Below the pieces are notes generated by a model that did no database searches, was not told the origin of the DNA, and worked only from the letters and a program-made list of their open reading frames with translations. DNA of 53,694 nucleotides, the filler included, from Sluysia triapertura (lineage: Eukaryota): assembly GCA_046118255.1 (NCBI GenBank). It is 4 parts of 4 records of this genome, joined end to end, with 100 filler letters (N's around TTAATTAATTAA, not from the genome) between each part and the next. Parts side by side here need not be neighbours in the genome. Positions count along the whole stretch, not along the records: positions 11,732 to 24,461 come from JBJNIA010085804.1; positions 24,562 to 37,354 come from JBJNIA010081701.1; 2 more parts are not named here. One strand, written 5' to 3'. Positions within the stretch are counted from its first letter, which is position 1; the number at the start of each line of letters is the position of its first letter. Position numbers and translations under genes: made by a program. This document shows positions 13,483 to 26,270 of this stretch, piece after piece.

Positions 13483-13715
13483 TTGATTATAAACTAAAGG
13501 TGGATTGATCCATTGATTGACGAAAATATTGCCCAATTTTTGTCTGAAATCCGCCAAAGCTTCTGTTAAAGCATCCATTTGTCTGTCTGCAAAAATGAAG
13601 CCTTCTTGACGTGCCTTCTTGATCATATTACCGGCCCAAAGTAGCGGCACAAAATGTAAATTGTAGGACACATCAATGGACTCCAGTTTATTCAATTCAT
13701 TTTTGTTCAGTAAGC
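13483..13715 (-). pseudogene. Bestrophin-family chloride channel exon (orphan fragment)
   Basis: AG/GTAAG-bounded exon encoding GLLNKNE...HFVPLLWAGNMIKKARQEGFI..D...L..FRQKLG....QWINPPLVYNQ, matching the bestrophin WI.IPLVYTQV region. No downstream exons are recognisable. Confidence 0.8.
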
Positions 13716-14444
13716 CTGAAAACGTATTAATATGAACATCGCAGAGTTTTAGATAAGCAGTAATACCAACTTTATACAGTGCCAAATACAAATACAAATT
13801 AACTATGATGATTGCTATTATTTACAATAATAGTTTTTAAATTTAGTAATTTTCCGCCCTTATTTCAATTTTGCCATATTTCAATGTAAAAAGAATAATT
13901 AAGTTTTACGAAATTTAAATTTTTAAGTTTTAAATTAACAATAAATGAAATAAGGATTAATAAAATTTAATAATTACAAGAAAATTGAAATAAAGTAAAA
14001 TAATCCAAGACCAATCATATTTAAAGTAATTTATTTTTCTTTTAATGCCATAAAATAAGAAAGATAAAAGATGGTACTAAATGGAGATATGACTGTAAAT
14101 ATTAAATAAACATATATAATTTTTGGATGTTTTTCTTAGTTATTGTTCAAAATGAATCTACATTAACGTTTAGAAAAAGAAGGAAATTGCTGATAATAAT
14201 AATAATAATAATAAATAATAATTTTGGTATTGTATATATAAATTAAATTACATTTCTTTGCTAATTGAAAGATTGTATTACCATCGTAAGTTAAATTACA
14301 CAATATAAAATTAATCTTATCAAAATTATAAGCTAAACGTTTATTTTTAAACAAATAAATTAAAACATATTGTGAATTATTAGATTCAGAAGAAAAATCA
14401 CAAAAGAAAACGAGAATAAAATGAGAAGGATTAGAATAACATAC

Positions 14445-14616
14445 CTAATGTGAGTCACTTCTCATCTTTACACTAAAGATACGTAGTTCCCATGGGTAAA
14501 ATTGAACGAATGCTGATCTCGTTTATGAAATCGCTGTCATTACGCAATAATGACAGAAAAATGAGCTCGAACATTTATGTTAAATTGTCTTGCTGAATTT
14601 GTACGAAAAATGTAAT
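14445..14616 (-). pseudogene. Degenerate upstream bestrophin-like exon
   Basis: AG/GT bounded with a phase-compatible end (TLG) and an LRIFSVKMR segment similar to the bestrophin FRSIS..VR region. No frame is open throughout. Confidence 0.4.
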
Positions 14617-15619
14617 CTAGAAACCAATTAACATGATTTTTGTATTAGCATTATTTCTATATTATTATTGATAAAACATAATCATAATAAAATCACTCAA
14701 AAGTCTGGAATCATTACTAAATAACTTAATCAAAATTTTCTTTTGTTATTTCAGTTTATTACAAAACTAAAATTTTTCATTTAGTATTAATTCGATACAC
14801 TCAGAAAAGAATTGATTTACTTTTACTATGATACTAATAAAACTATATATATTTTATTAGATAGGCAACTTGTTACGTTGACGTATTTTATTNNNNNNNN
14901 NNNNNNNNNNNNNNNNNNNNNNNNNNNNNNNNNNNNNNNNNNNNNNNNNNNNNNNNNNNNNNNNNNNNNNNNNNNNNNNNNNNNNNNNNNNNNNNNNNNN
15001 NNNNNNNNNNNNNNNNNNNNCTTCTTTACTTTTAAATTACGGAAAGACCATTAAGAATTATGGATCAAATTGTTCAGTGTGTCAATACTTCGAGGCGTGA
15101 TTCAAGAATTAAATTTCAAAAATATAGACATCTCTAGTATAGTTACTTGATTTCCTGGTAAATGTCAATAATTTGTTTTGTTACATAAACATCCAAAGTT
15201 TTTATTAGTTGTCGTCAAAAGCTTCAAGTCAAATTTGTTGCTTAAAACAAAATTAAAAATCAAAATATTTTTACAATGAACAATTGAAATAATACTAAAT
15301 ACTGTGGCAATGTCAAGATGTGTACTTAATAGCGTGAATATACAGCTTGAGGATTTCAGAATTATCGAGTTGATCAGGATTTGAATGATATTGTTCTCAA
15401 AAGTGATTATTTGTAGAATTTGTCAACTTGAGTAAGAGAAAGAGTTATAAAAGAAGATTATTGAAATTGCATTTTTGGATTTTAAAATGAAATTAAATGA
15501 ATTTTAATGTGATGAGTGATTTATATGTTGTGCAAGTGGAAAAATTGGTGTTTTCTTAAATATTTCCTAATCTTACAGTAATTTGACATTATTCATTTTT
15601 GTTTCCAATTTTTAATTAT

Positions 15620-16200
15620 TTCTAAAAGATATTCAGGACTTCCGTAATGTAAATTATTTGTAAATTATTGTCATGATTTTATTGACAACCAGTGTAATTC
15701 TTTAAGATAAGTCTTACATGAGATCTTCTTCCCACTTGAAGAATATTAGTCTTGCTGCTTGATTAATTATTAATTGTAATTTTTTCACTTTTCTACATGA
15801 AATTGAGAAAAATCTATCTTGTTAGTTATCAATAAGTTTAGCTGTTTCTTTATTAATAAATTTTCGAATATTTTAATATTAATATTTTCTTCCATATTCA
15901 TTTTTCAATCCATATAACAACCTACATTTCGTACTTATTGTTTTACCAACTACAATTAGCTTTGTTTCATTTATTTTGGTATTGTCGCTATTTTTATTAC
16001 TGAATATTATAAATTTTAACTTTTCTTCATTGTTTATTTTCAAGTATTTATTTCCAAACCATTTTAACAATTCAGATAGATGTAGCAACAAATATTTATT
16101 TATTTTAATTAATAATTTATCATTTATCATTTACAAAACAAATCTTATTTTTTTCATTTTTTTAATACTTCAAAAATATATAATATCTTAATTAATAATA
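15620..16200 (-). mobile_element. L2/Crack LINE remnant, same family as 12700-13370
   Basis: Reverse complement matches the 12770-13100 segment. ORF 15879-16130 has the typical WF..YLKIN..K motif. Confidence 0.8.
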
Positions 16201-16241
16201 TTATCGATTTATCGTTTCCATTAAATAGTACAAATAAACAA

Positions 16242-19200
16242 ATGCGAGAAATAGTTCACATTCAAATCGGCCAATGCGGTAATCAAATGGGTGGTAAGGT
16301 ATGTAAATGATACTTCGGTTTAAAAAAATATTTTGATGATTGATTATTTTAGTTTTGGGAAGTTATTTCTGATGAACATGGCTTCAGTGTCGATGGATTT
16401 TATAAAGGTGATAGTGATTTGCAATTGGAGCGTAGTTGTGTGTACTATAATGAAGCTACTGGTAAGTTATATAAATTTTGCTATCTCATAAAAAAACGTT
16501 GATAAATAATCAAAATAATGCATTTTAAAACAATTCAAAAAATTGAAGTATTGAATGAGGATCCACGAGTCAATAAGTCAAAGTAATCTCTGTTATAAAT
16601 TTATATATAAGTTAGGATTTAATGCTTCTAAGCTTTTTAAATAAAAAATAAATTGAAATAATTTAAATTTAAAAATATTGTTTTACTTAGGTGGAAAATT
16701 TGTACCAAGAGCTGTACTGACAGATCTAGAACCCGGGTCAATGGACTCATTACGATGTAGTGCAGTTGGTAATTTATTTCGGCCGGACAATTTCATTTTT
16801 GGAAGTACCGGAGCTGGAAATAATTGGGCCAAAGGACACTACACCGATGGTGCTGAATTAATCGATAATGTAATTGAAATTGTACGTAAAGAAACTGATA
16901 ATTGTGAATGTTTACAAGGATTTCAAATTTTACATGCCCTTGGTGGCGGTACCGGTTCTGGTATGGGTACTTTGTTGATTAATAAAATCAGAGAAGAATT
17001 TCCCGATAGAATTGTATGTAGTTTTTCTTGTGTACCAAGTCCAAAGGTTTTTATTTTTTGTTTTTATTTATTGACATTTAAAAGTAGCATATTTTTGGTT
17101 AATAATAAACTGTAATTTAAGGTGTCCGATGTCGTCGTAGAGCCATATAATGCCACATTATCCGTTCATCAATTAGTGGAAAATTGTGACGAAACATGTT
17201 GTATAGACAATGAAGCTTTGTATGATATTTGTAATAGAACCTTAAAATTAACGTGTCCAACATACGGTGACTTGAATCATTTAGTCAGTGCTGCACTAAG
17301 TGGTATTACAACGTGTTTAAGATTTCCCGGTCAATTAAATGCAGATTTGAGGAAACTGGCAACTAATATGATTCCGTTTCCAAGGTTGCATTTTTTCATG
17401 CCTGGATTTTCACCTTTAACGAGTCGGCATTCACAGCCGTACAGGTCAGTAGTTTACTTATTATTATTACTATTATTATTATTAGCATTACTATTATTAT
17501 CTATTATTATTAGTATTATCATTATTATTATTATTGTTTTGTCTCTGAATAACTATAAATATTTAGAGTGGTGGCCAAATTATTAGACAAAAACAGGAAA
17601 AATGTTTTTGGTTTTCTTAATATTTGCTCATTATTGAATGTGTAAGATACGAAATATTATACATAATATACAAAATGTTATATAAGTGAGAAATGATTCA
17701 TATTTGGTGAAACTTTCTACGATGAATCGTAAAGCTTTGAGTATGACTTTGCAGATGCAGTCAGTGCCAGAACAGTCAGAAGGAGAGCGAGATAACCCAG
17801 AAGAAAGCCTAAGTTGGCATGGGCTCAGCAACACCAACATTTAACTGAGGATGACAAGACCATCTTTGTAAGAAGGAGACCTAATGAGGAGTTTGGGAGG
17901 ACTTTTTACTTTTAAACACTTTAGTTAAATTTATTAATGACTTAGCAAATGTATTGACAATTAACTTATTAAACAAATTTGTTAAAATTTTTAATTATTA
18001 GAAAACCAATTAACGAAATAAACAAATAAAAAAATATTAAAACACAACAAAATTAAATTTAAGTTTATTGAAACAAAAAAACGTTTTTGTAAAAATACGT
18101 ATAACCGTACCTAATAACAAGAGAATTACTGAAGCATGAGACAAACTGTTATTACTTATGGTATCATAATTTAATGGAACATATAATCTTTTTAAATTAC
18201 ATTTACGATAACTCATCTAATATCGTTTTATTAATTTTTTTTAATTGACATTAAAGTATCATCAAGTGATAATTTACGATTCAGTATTTTATGACATTAA
18301 AGAAATTGAAATCGTCGATGTAACAAATCACAGATTAAATTGTTGAAAGAAAAATATTGATAAATAAACAATTGAAAACGACTTACATAATCTAATTCAT
18401 ACTGACTAAGTGAAATTGAACATTGTTGATAGTTTGAATAAATACCAATTCCTGATTTATAATAACGTTTTAAAAATACTAAACAGCTATTATTGTGACA
18501 GATAATGACATAAACATATGATAGATTATACTGTACCATAATAGTGACGTTGCTGTATAGCAAAAAGTTCGCAATTCTATAATTTTAGTCCAAATACTAA
18601 GAATATAAACGCATTCTAATCCTATATTTATTAATGTCATTAACAAACTGAATATATCGATATTTTAGCTAATTTTAAATATCTATTTTTATATTATTTT
18701 CAATTGATATATCACATTATTTATTTCATTCTAAGGAAAATAGCATAAATCATCATAAATCCCAATAAATCTAATAAATGCTTAAATTCAATGAACATAT
18801 TTCATGATTTGTTGATAAATGTTATGATTGATGAGTTTAAATAATGCAATCAATATTTTATTTTGGTAATCGAGCTATGTAATAAAGAGCTAATTCAGAA
18901 AATGGATAAGTGAGTTGTAGAAAATAGCGATTTTCTCTTTCTAATTCACCGAACTTGATAACTTCTTCATTGTCGTAAACGAAAACAACTATTCTTTGTT
19001 CATAACCTTGTGAACTAATACTTGATAAGTTTAGTTCAATGATTTGATGTTTGTTAGCTTATGTTTATTTAAAAAATGGCGCTGATATTGACGAATTTGC
19101 AGATTTATGAATTGTCGAGAATTTATGAGGACTGTGTGGTTGAACAATTTTCTTTGGTATTGAAGACAAACTTCTGATAAGATTAAAATTGGTGACCGAT

Positions 19201-22200
19201 GGCTTCAATGACTGTTTGTGCCTAGGCGTACATGAAGAATTTGAAGATCCGATCAAGGAACCGCAGTATGATGAATTAATAGTACTTGAACTGGATGATT
19301 TTGATGACTGATGATAGTTGTTTAAAGGATCAATCTCAATTAAAGAAGCATCACGAGCATGACACATTTTCTTGTTATATTCAATCATTTCTTGTCCTGA
19401 TCTGACATTTAATTCTGTTAATTGTATTAATACACCCGATCTAAGTTGATTTTTCAATTGTATATCATAAATAATGCTAAATTTTTTGCCAATGAAATTT
19501 GACAACCTAGTAATTCATATCGATTAGTCGAAATGTTGCTTTTCATTTTCTGGTAAATTAGAATTTAATATTAAATTGATAATTTCTTGTAAACCATTTT
19601 AGTACAATTTTCAAAATAATTCTTCATATTAACAATATTATCTGAAAGAACGATTTTATTTCTTTCACCACTGCTACTTTGACTAGAAGAATACTGTTTT
19701 GAATTGCGATATTTCTTTTGCCAAAAACACAAGCCAGAACATAATTGGTATGATTTTTCAGCTTCATCAAATGGAAATCGACAAACTTGCACATTTTCAC
19801 TGCTTCATCAAATAGTTCACGAGCTCACCGCCATACTTTAGCAACTTTTCCTGTTGTTATTTCTTGTTCTGATTTTGGCAAACCAATTTCTGCATAATCT
19901 GGTTTTAGATGATATAGTTTATTATTGAATATAACCAATTTTAAGAAAATTATGACCATTTTTTGAAGGTGGATTATCGTTTTCAACAAATACATTTGTT
20001 TGAATTAATTCAACAATCGTCTGAGAAGTAAATTCGTCATTTGCCTTCAAACAAGTGACAGCAAATCGTCGTCGTTTTATTAATTGAAGATGTGACAAAA
20101 TTACCATGTACTGATCAACATCACCAAGACCTTCTAATTGCTATAATAAAGCTCTAACTGAGAATTCGATCAAATGTGCTTTGTAAATCAATTCTTTACC
20201 ATTTTTATCCAAAAATGAATTTTCACCTGGATGTAATTGTTCTAATGGTCATACGGAACATGAATCATACGTACATAGATACAAATTTACACAAACAAAA
20301 GAATAAAAGGAAGATGAAGTGTTAAAAGAACAGAAATCATAATGATAACAATAACATAATTATTATATGTTTTAATATGATGATGTTGATGATATTGAGA
20401 TATTATTATAAGGATTATTACATGATTGGATTTACAATTGGATTTAAAACACAATAACTATATTTCGTGATGATTATGTACAATGACTGTTTGATTTTTG
20501 AATGAGTCTAGTTTATTTAATTGTTGGGGTATAAAGGGCTAAAGCGCCATGATGGTATTATTGAATATAATAAAATAAAATTGTTAGACGTGGATGATAG
20601 CTCAGTGGTAGAGCATCGAAATGCGCAGCTAGAGGTCCCGGGTTCGATCCCCGGTCAGTCCATTTTACGAAGTCTAACATAATGTCCTGTGTATGTAATA
20701 AATGTTCTTATGTAATGAAGTGTGTTTGTAATTTTTATATGATTTCCCTACAAAAAGTTTCATACTGATTGTGTCATAGAAACTGTGAAACATCCAACAA
20801 CAATAATGATCTGGTCGGTCTTTAATCTATATGATTCTAGTATATATTTATAAAATTTCAATTAAATTGCAACTTTTCAATAAATATAGCTCTGAATAGC
20901 GCCACTATTTATCTGAAACAGTTTAATTGCATTTTCTCAAATCATTTATTATTTCAATATGTTAGGTTATCATCACAACCCTCTAAAATCATCTAAAATG
21001 CTTTAAAATCGTTAAAATTACTTTAAAAATATTTATCTTGGAAAAAAATAGAATAGAAGCTTCTATTCTATTCTAGAACATTCCATCGCCATTTTGAAAT
21101 TTTTTTAGCTTTTAAGAAATTATTAATCGCGATTTCATTCAATTCCTATCGCCATTGTGAATTTTTCCTTATTTCTTTATAGGATATTTCAAATTTTATT
21201 CAATTTTTGTGATACATCATATATGTTTCACGTTCTCCGTAGGTTATTTATATTAAGGCAGGTACTAATAGTAAAATATTAGTATCATAAAATCCACTGA
21301 AATATTCCTATTTTAAGTAAGTTTTCCCGATATATTGAGAGGTAAAGGAGCCTTAATTTAATTTTAATCTTAATATTTTATTACTACTTTATCTTTAACC
21401 TACTCTGTCCTTATAATATTATTTATGTTATAAAATGGATTGACAGGCAATCGAATTCTCACTGCAAAGTTCTACCCACTGAGTTATCGGCCCTGTCTAA
21501 CAATTTTAGATTATTATAGTCAATATTACTATCATAATTCTACATTGCACAATAAATCCCATATTGTTAATTTATTAGTTTTTAGTTTAGATTTTAATAA
21601 ATACATTAGTAAGAATTAAGCAAAGACCCTCGATAATTTGTAATAAACTTAAATCCAAAATTTAAGGTTAAAGTTAAAGCATTTATTTACTTATCGAGTC
21701 CAGAAACGCCCACTATACATTGTAAGTCGTTTTCTGTAACTGGACCCTGCTCAAAAATATTTTTGCCGTAGAAAAACCACAGCAAATAAATCGAAATAAC
21801 ATTAATTTTTGATTAACACATTAAAGTATTAATATAAGTTAGGCGTTTACGACAAGTTTTTCTTTTTATTTTTTGTCATACAAATTCAAATTTATGAAGA
21901 TATGACATAAGAATAAACAATAAAGCACTTATGATATATTAGAAAATTAAATATTTTATTGAACATTGCGTTTTTAAATTTTAACAATTATAATAATTTT
22001 AATAACTTAAAATGCTTTTAATAATTATATTTTAAATAATCGTTTACAGAAACTTATTGTAAAAATCGATTATTACAATTGTCAAAATTTTATTCTAATT
22101 ATATTTTAAATTTTTGATTATCAATTAATATTTTCTATTAATTTTTTGATGATACTGTTTTTGACTTATTTACTATTTAATCATTATGGTTAAATATATA

Positions 22201-22795
22201 GTTTAAATAAATGTTTATTCAATCTCAAATTGTTTTTAATTCGACCTTGACTTAACCTTTTCAATTATGTGAAATTATCATTATTATCAGCTAATCGAAA
22301 TGAAAATTTAATTTAAGAACATACTCAGTATTGGATTTAACAATGCAAATGTTTGATTCAAAAAATATGATGGCAGCTTGTGATCCAAGACATGGTAAAT
22401 ATTTAACCGTTGCAGCAATGTTCAGAGGTAGAATATCGATGAAGGAAGTCGATGAACAAATGTTAAATGTACAAAATAGAAATAGTGCTTATTTCGTTGA
22501 ATGGATTCCAAATAATGTTAAAACGGCAGTTTGTGATATACCTCCAAGGGGTTTGAAAATGTCAGTAACATTCCTCGGTAATAACACATCGATACAAGAA
22601 ATATTCAAAAGAGTCGGTGAACAGTTTTCAGCAATGTATCGTCGAAGAGCATTCTTACATTGGTATACCGGTGAAGGTATGGATGAAATGGAATTTACAG
22701 AAGCTGAATCAAATTTAAATGACTTAATAAGCGAATATCAACAGTTTCAAGATGCAACAGTTGATGATGAAATTCAAGCAGGAGAAAATCAATAA
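16242..22795 (+). CDS. TUBB: Beta-tubulin, divergent isotype, 440 aa; exons 16242-16298, 16353-16461, 16691-17046, 17122-17444, 22318-22795
   Basis: [15 protein letters not shown] start, [28 protein letters not shown] and [12 protein letters not shown] motifs. All introns are GT-AG; the joined CDS is 1323 nt and ends in TAA. Confidence 0.97.
17566..17894 (+). mobile_element. Tc1-like element, left part
   Basis: TA followed by TIR (G)AGTGGTGGCCAAATTATTAGACA; inverted homolog of 30761-31206. Ends in transposase codons [15 protein letters not shown]. Confidence 0.85.
18858..20250 (-). pseudogene. TULP4/TUSP-like (tubby superfamily) C-terminal fragment, antisense inside the tubulin intron
   Basis: Joined frames give [22 protein letters not shown] (cf. 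TULP4 VIYKTSLLHLQPRQMTIYLP) and C-terminal [32 protein letters not shown] (cf. tubby V.QFG.....Y.L...YPFS). Has in-frame TAG/TGA/TAA and frameshifts; comparison made from memory. Confidence 0.55.
20522..20679 (+). mobile_element. Full tRNA-Ala-carrying TG...CA mini-element
   Basis: TGTTGGGG...GTCTAACA with a perfect TAAT/TAAT 4-bp duplication and an internal tRNA-like unit. Confidence 0.85.
20591..20662 (+). ncRNA. tRNA-Ala-derived Pol III unit (pseudo-tRNA)
   Basis: A box TAGCTCAGTGG, B box GGTTCGATCCC, T stem CCGGG/CCCGG, followed by TTTT. Anticodon stem is unpaired and the acceptor stem is mutated in this copy. Confidence 0.7.
20756..20825 (+). mobile_element. Tc1-like element, continuation of 17566-17894
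   Basis: Encodes [21 protein letters not shown] (Tc1 TVKH....M.WG motif) and continues exactly where the left part stops, relative to the intact copy at 30761-31206. Confidence 0.85.
21426..21563 (-). mobile_element. Degenerate tRNA-Ala mini-element copy
   Basis: Partial match TAAAATGGATTGAC...CCACTGAGTTATCGGCCCTGTCTAACAATTTTAG...TATAGTCAAT. Confidence 0.7.
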
Positions 22796-23358
22796 AAAAA
22801 TATTTTTCATAATTTAAAAAATAAGCCAAAAAATTTACTTACATTTTTATCTCTGTGCTACACAAATTTCAGTGTAGATATTTATTTTAAAAATAACTCA
22901 TTAATTGATTTAATAAATTTTAATTTTAATTGTATTATTGATTAAAGTCTCGCGATTTTGAATTTGAAAAAGTAAAATCGTTCAAAAATATTCGAAAAGT
23001 GAAAGAAAGAGACACTTTGGCGGCCAAACTATAACTAAATCTATAATTTTGTATAATGTTTAAAATTCAAAATAATTTATAGGCAAATTAATTGTTGTAG
23101 TAATGTTTAATATTTTACGCAATGTCGCCGAATTTTCTAATAATTTTACTACTTTAATATCTAAACAAACAGAATATAAAAACGTTTAATATTTGAAATT
23201 ATTTTTATTTTAATTAATAATTGAAAACGTTTAATTAAATTTACAAAGTCTAAATTTTGAAGTTGTTTACACTAATTAATTATTTCTAATTATTTACAAA
23301 ATATATTCTTTAAAAATACTCGTACATAGTGCACTGGATTAGGAGTTGTACTCACTTT

Positions 23359-24148
23359 TTATTGGTCGGCCAGTTGCTCTTCGCTACTTTCCATATAAGG
23401 TTTACTATTAAGATCAATTATGTAATACGGTCTATCTCCATTATCACTTTTTATAACATTATTATTGTTATTTTCAGTAATTTCGACATCATTGTCTTTC
23501 ATTAATTGTTTCATATATCTTTGTGGAGAATCGTCTAAATTAACGTTGTCATTAGGTTTACTTTGAATTAAATTATCAATAGGTTTACTCAAAGTCATAA
23601 AAATAACAAGTTTTAGTTTTCCTAAAGGATAAGCGTAATCCTTTAAAAGTTCATTTGGTACTAAATATATTTCGTGAAAATATAACGTTTTGTTTATTAT
23701 TTCAATAATTTCTTCAATTAATACGGTTACTGGTTGTGATGGTCGAGGTTCTAAAATTCGGAAAATAAATAATAATAATAAATTATTTAAATTAAATACA
23801 TTTAATTTACTAAAACGGGACTTAAGGTCCTGTCGAATTATTATATAAGAAAATCGAAAAATAGGCTTAAGGCCTGATATTAATTCATTAAGTGTAACTA
23901 AAGAAATAAAATAAAGCCTTTCTTCATCAATCTCACAAATTAATAACATAAAACGCATGACAAAACAAATATAATCAATCAATTTAAAATTTAAATAAGC
24001 CAACTACTTGTAAGACTCCACTGGAAACAATATCGAGTCCCTGGCACAACTGATACCGAAGAGCCAATCTTTCATCTGTATGATTAATTTCTTGTGGCAG
24101 ATTTTCACTATTTAATGAGGTTTTAATATTGTTCGGTTTTATATCTAC
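23359..24148 (-). CDS. 3' exons of an unidentified protein (exon 24148-24008 and terminal exon ~23750-23359); 5' part probably in the gap at 24462
   Basis: AG/GT-bounded open 141-nt exon and a terminal open frame with protein-like composition (PRPSQPVTVLIEEIIEIINKTLYFHEIYLVPNELLKDYAYPLG). Confidence 0.5.
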
Positions 24149-25090
24149 CTAAACAATTATGTTAAATCTAGAAATTTTGGGTCCGCCTACGCTAGACGAT
24201 TTACTTTGAGTCAGACAGGACGTTCGCGTAGGATTTTAAAGATAAGAGTGCGATCACTGAAGGTCAAAAATTATTTCTTATGAACAAATAATCTATAATA
24301 TACTAAACAATTTATTTTTAATATAATTAACTATTTATATTGCTAGTGTTTTCCTTACTCCTAACAAATTATCTGTAGGGTCACTTCGCTTAGTATATAC
24401 GCTTTATACCAAACTTGGAGACGTATTACTAAGTTTTTAGAATTTAGAATTTTAACTTAAANNNNNNNNNNNNNNNNNNNNNNNNNNNNNNNNNNNNNNN
24501 NNNNNTTAATTAATTAANNNNNNNNNNNNNNNNNNNNNNNNNNNNNNNNNNNNNNNNNNNNAGCACACACATTAAACAAATTTATTTTTAGAATTATGAA
24601 AGCACATACATAAATTTATTTATAGAATTTTTTGAATTGGATTATTGACAGTTTGATGAATTGCAGTATTTTGAAGACTAGAATAATTATTCATTAAATA
24701 TAAAATTCCTTACAATATAAAATTAATTACAAGCAAAAAATTAGTTTTAACTAGTATGTTTTATGCATCACCAAAATTTATAAACTTTATGTATTGTAAA
24801 ATTAATGAATTTTGGGTTAAATTAGTGCAAGAATAAAATATTAGTACAAGAAATTTAACTGTACGATTTTATCCACCTCAGTCGAAAGAACTTACCATGG
24901 TTTGTAAAAGTCACGAAAAAAACCATACCATCAGGTTTAAATCGTAATTGTTCTGTGAAATGTAAAATTATTCATAGATTAATTATAAAAGTTGATGGTC
25001 AAGTCATATATACCTATTAGTATATATTTAACGGCTCATGAATTAGTTATAATAAATATAGTAGATATTGATTCATTTGTCACATTTGTC

Positions 25091-25489
25091 ATGACAAAAA
25101 AAGTAGCATCATTAAGGACAGACTTATCGAATGAGAGATCAAGAACTGGCCGTTTTAAGTTTTTATATAGTGGTAGCGAACCTTTCCATATAAATCCACT
25201 GAATTATGCTAATGAAGACAAAGATGGCTCTTTGTTTATATGTAACTACCCAAACTGGCGAATGTTCCCGGTATGGCAAGAATTGTCCATATTTCCACAG
25301 ATTTTTGAATTCACAGAAGTTTTTGGTTATCTAACAAATTTCAATGACCACTATGATAAAATCAAATCTCTTCTATCAACCTTGGAAATCAGACCTGACA
25401 TTCAGAACTTATCTGTTATTGCTGCTCATATTATTAACGTTAACTGTATTAACGTGCCATCTGATCCAGTCATGCAAGATGAGATAGAG
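25091..25489 (+). CDS. Hypothetical protein, probable exon
   Basis: Core of the 250-codon ORF (MTKKVASLRTDLSNERSRTGRFKFLYSG...DEIE) ending at GAG|GTGATT. No family recognised. Confidence 0.5.
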
Positions 25490-25949
25490 GTGATTTTACA
25501 TTTTGTCTCAATTTATTTTGATTTAAATCAATTTTATATTTATATTTTTTTAGAAGAACAAACGAAAACTTGTCCTGGCATATTCAAAAAAATGTTTAAA
25601 CTATGTGTAAAGACATATGTATTTTATGTAAAGATCATCAAAGTAGATAGATTTAGTTATTATTTTCATTATTTTTTTAAATTTGATAAATTTAAGTCAG
25701 ATTTTATAATAAAGATTATAATCGCAAATATCAATTTTAGATAACTGATCTTAATAAAAGTTTGCCATTTCAAATATAATATAAAGTATAATATAAATGA
25801 TAATATACATAACATCAAATTAAATTTATGAACATTGTTTGACGTGCCGAATGAAACTGGAGGTGTTAATAATATATGATAACGAATATAATTATGAATG
25901 TATTGATTGTTGGAATTAATATTATTATAATTATGAGATCGAGCCATAT

Positions 25950-26270
25950 TACGATAATCATTGTAACAAATACCAATGAGTGGGTAGTATCTAAATGATG
26001 TTATATAAATTTCGTATGGTATTAAATGGTCACTGTTACTAATATTAGTACTACGTCTGTTATCTGAATCGTGATCAAATCTGGGATATCTAATGTCATC
26101 ACGACGTGGAGTATTTCGATTGAAATCTCGAGGAAATTCAACTCGTAAAGAAAATCCACCTAAATCATGACCATAATGATCACGTACAGAATCTTCAGCA
26201 TCACGTTTATAATCAAATACAAAAAAACAAAAAGTGGTCCATTACGAATTTTAATATCTATATCATTGTC
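25950..26270 (-). pseudogene. SRSF1/SRSF9-like RRM1 fragment
   Basis: DIDIKIRNGP.../FDYKRDAEDSVRDHYGHDLGGFSLRVEFPR matches the SRSF1 DIDLKN...FEDPRDAEDAV..RDGYDYDGYRLRVEFPR pattern. Frameshifted in RNP1; no RRM2 or RS domain seen. Confidence 0.75.

Noticed and set aside
17445-17586. Transmembrane-like poly-Leu/Ile extension of the tubulin ORF
   Set aside because: Read-through into an intronic (TTA/ATT)n microsatellite after the AG|GTCAGT donor.
18858-20250. Alternative genetic code or readthrough: in-frame TAA/TAG where Gln fits and TGA where Arg fits
   Set aside because: All three stop codons occur together with frameshifts, while tubulin and the CDKAL1 exons read cleanly in the standard code and tubulin ends in TAA. 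C-to-T decay of a pseudogene is the simpler explanation.
20591-20662. Functional decoding tRNA genes
   Set aside because: The anticodon stems do not pair properly, the anticodon region varies between copies, and every copy sits inside the same mobile unit.
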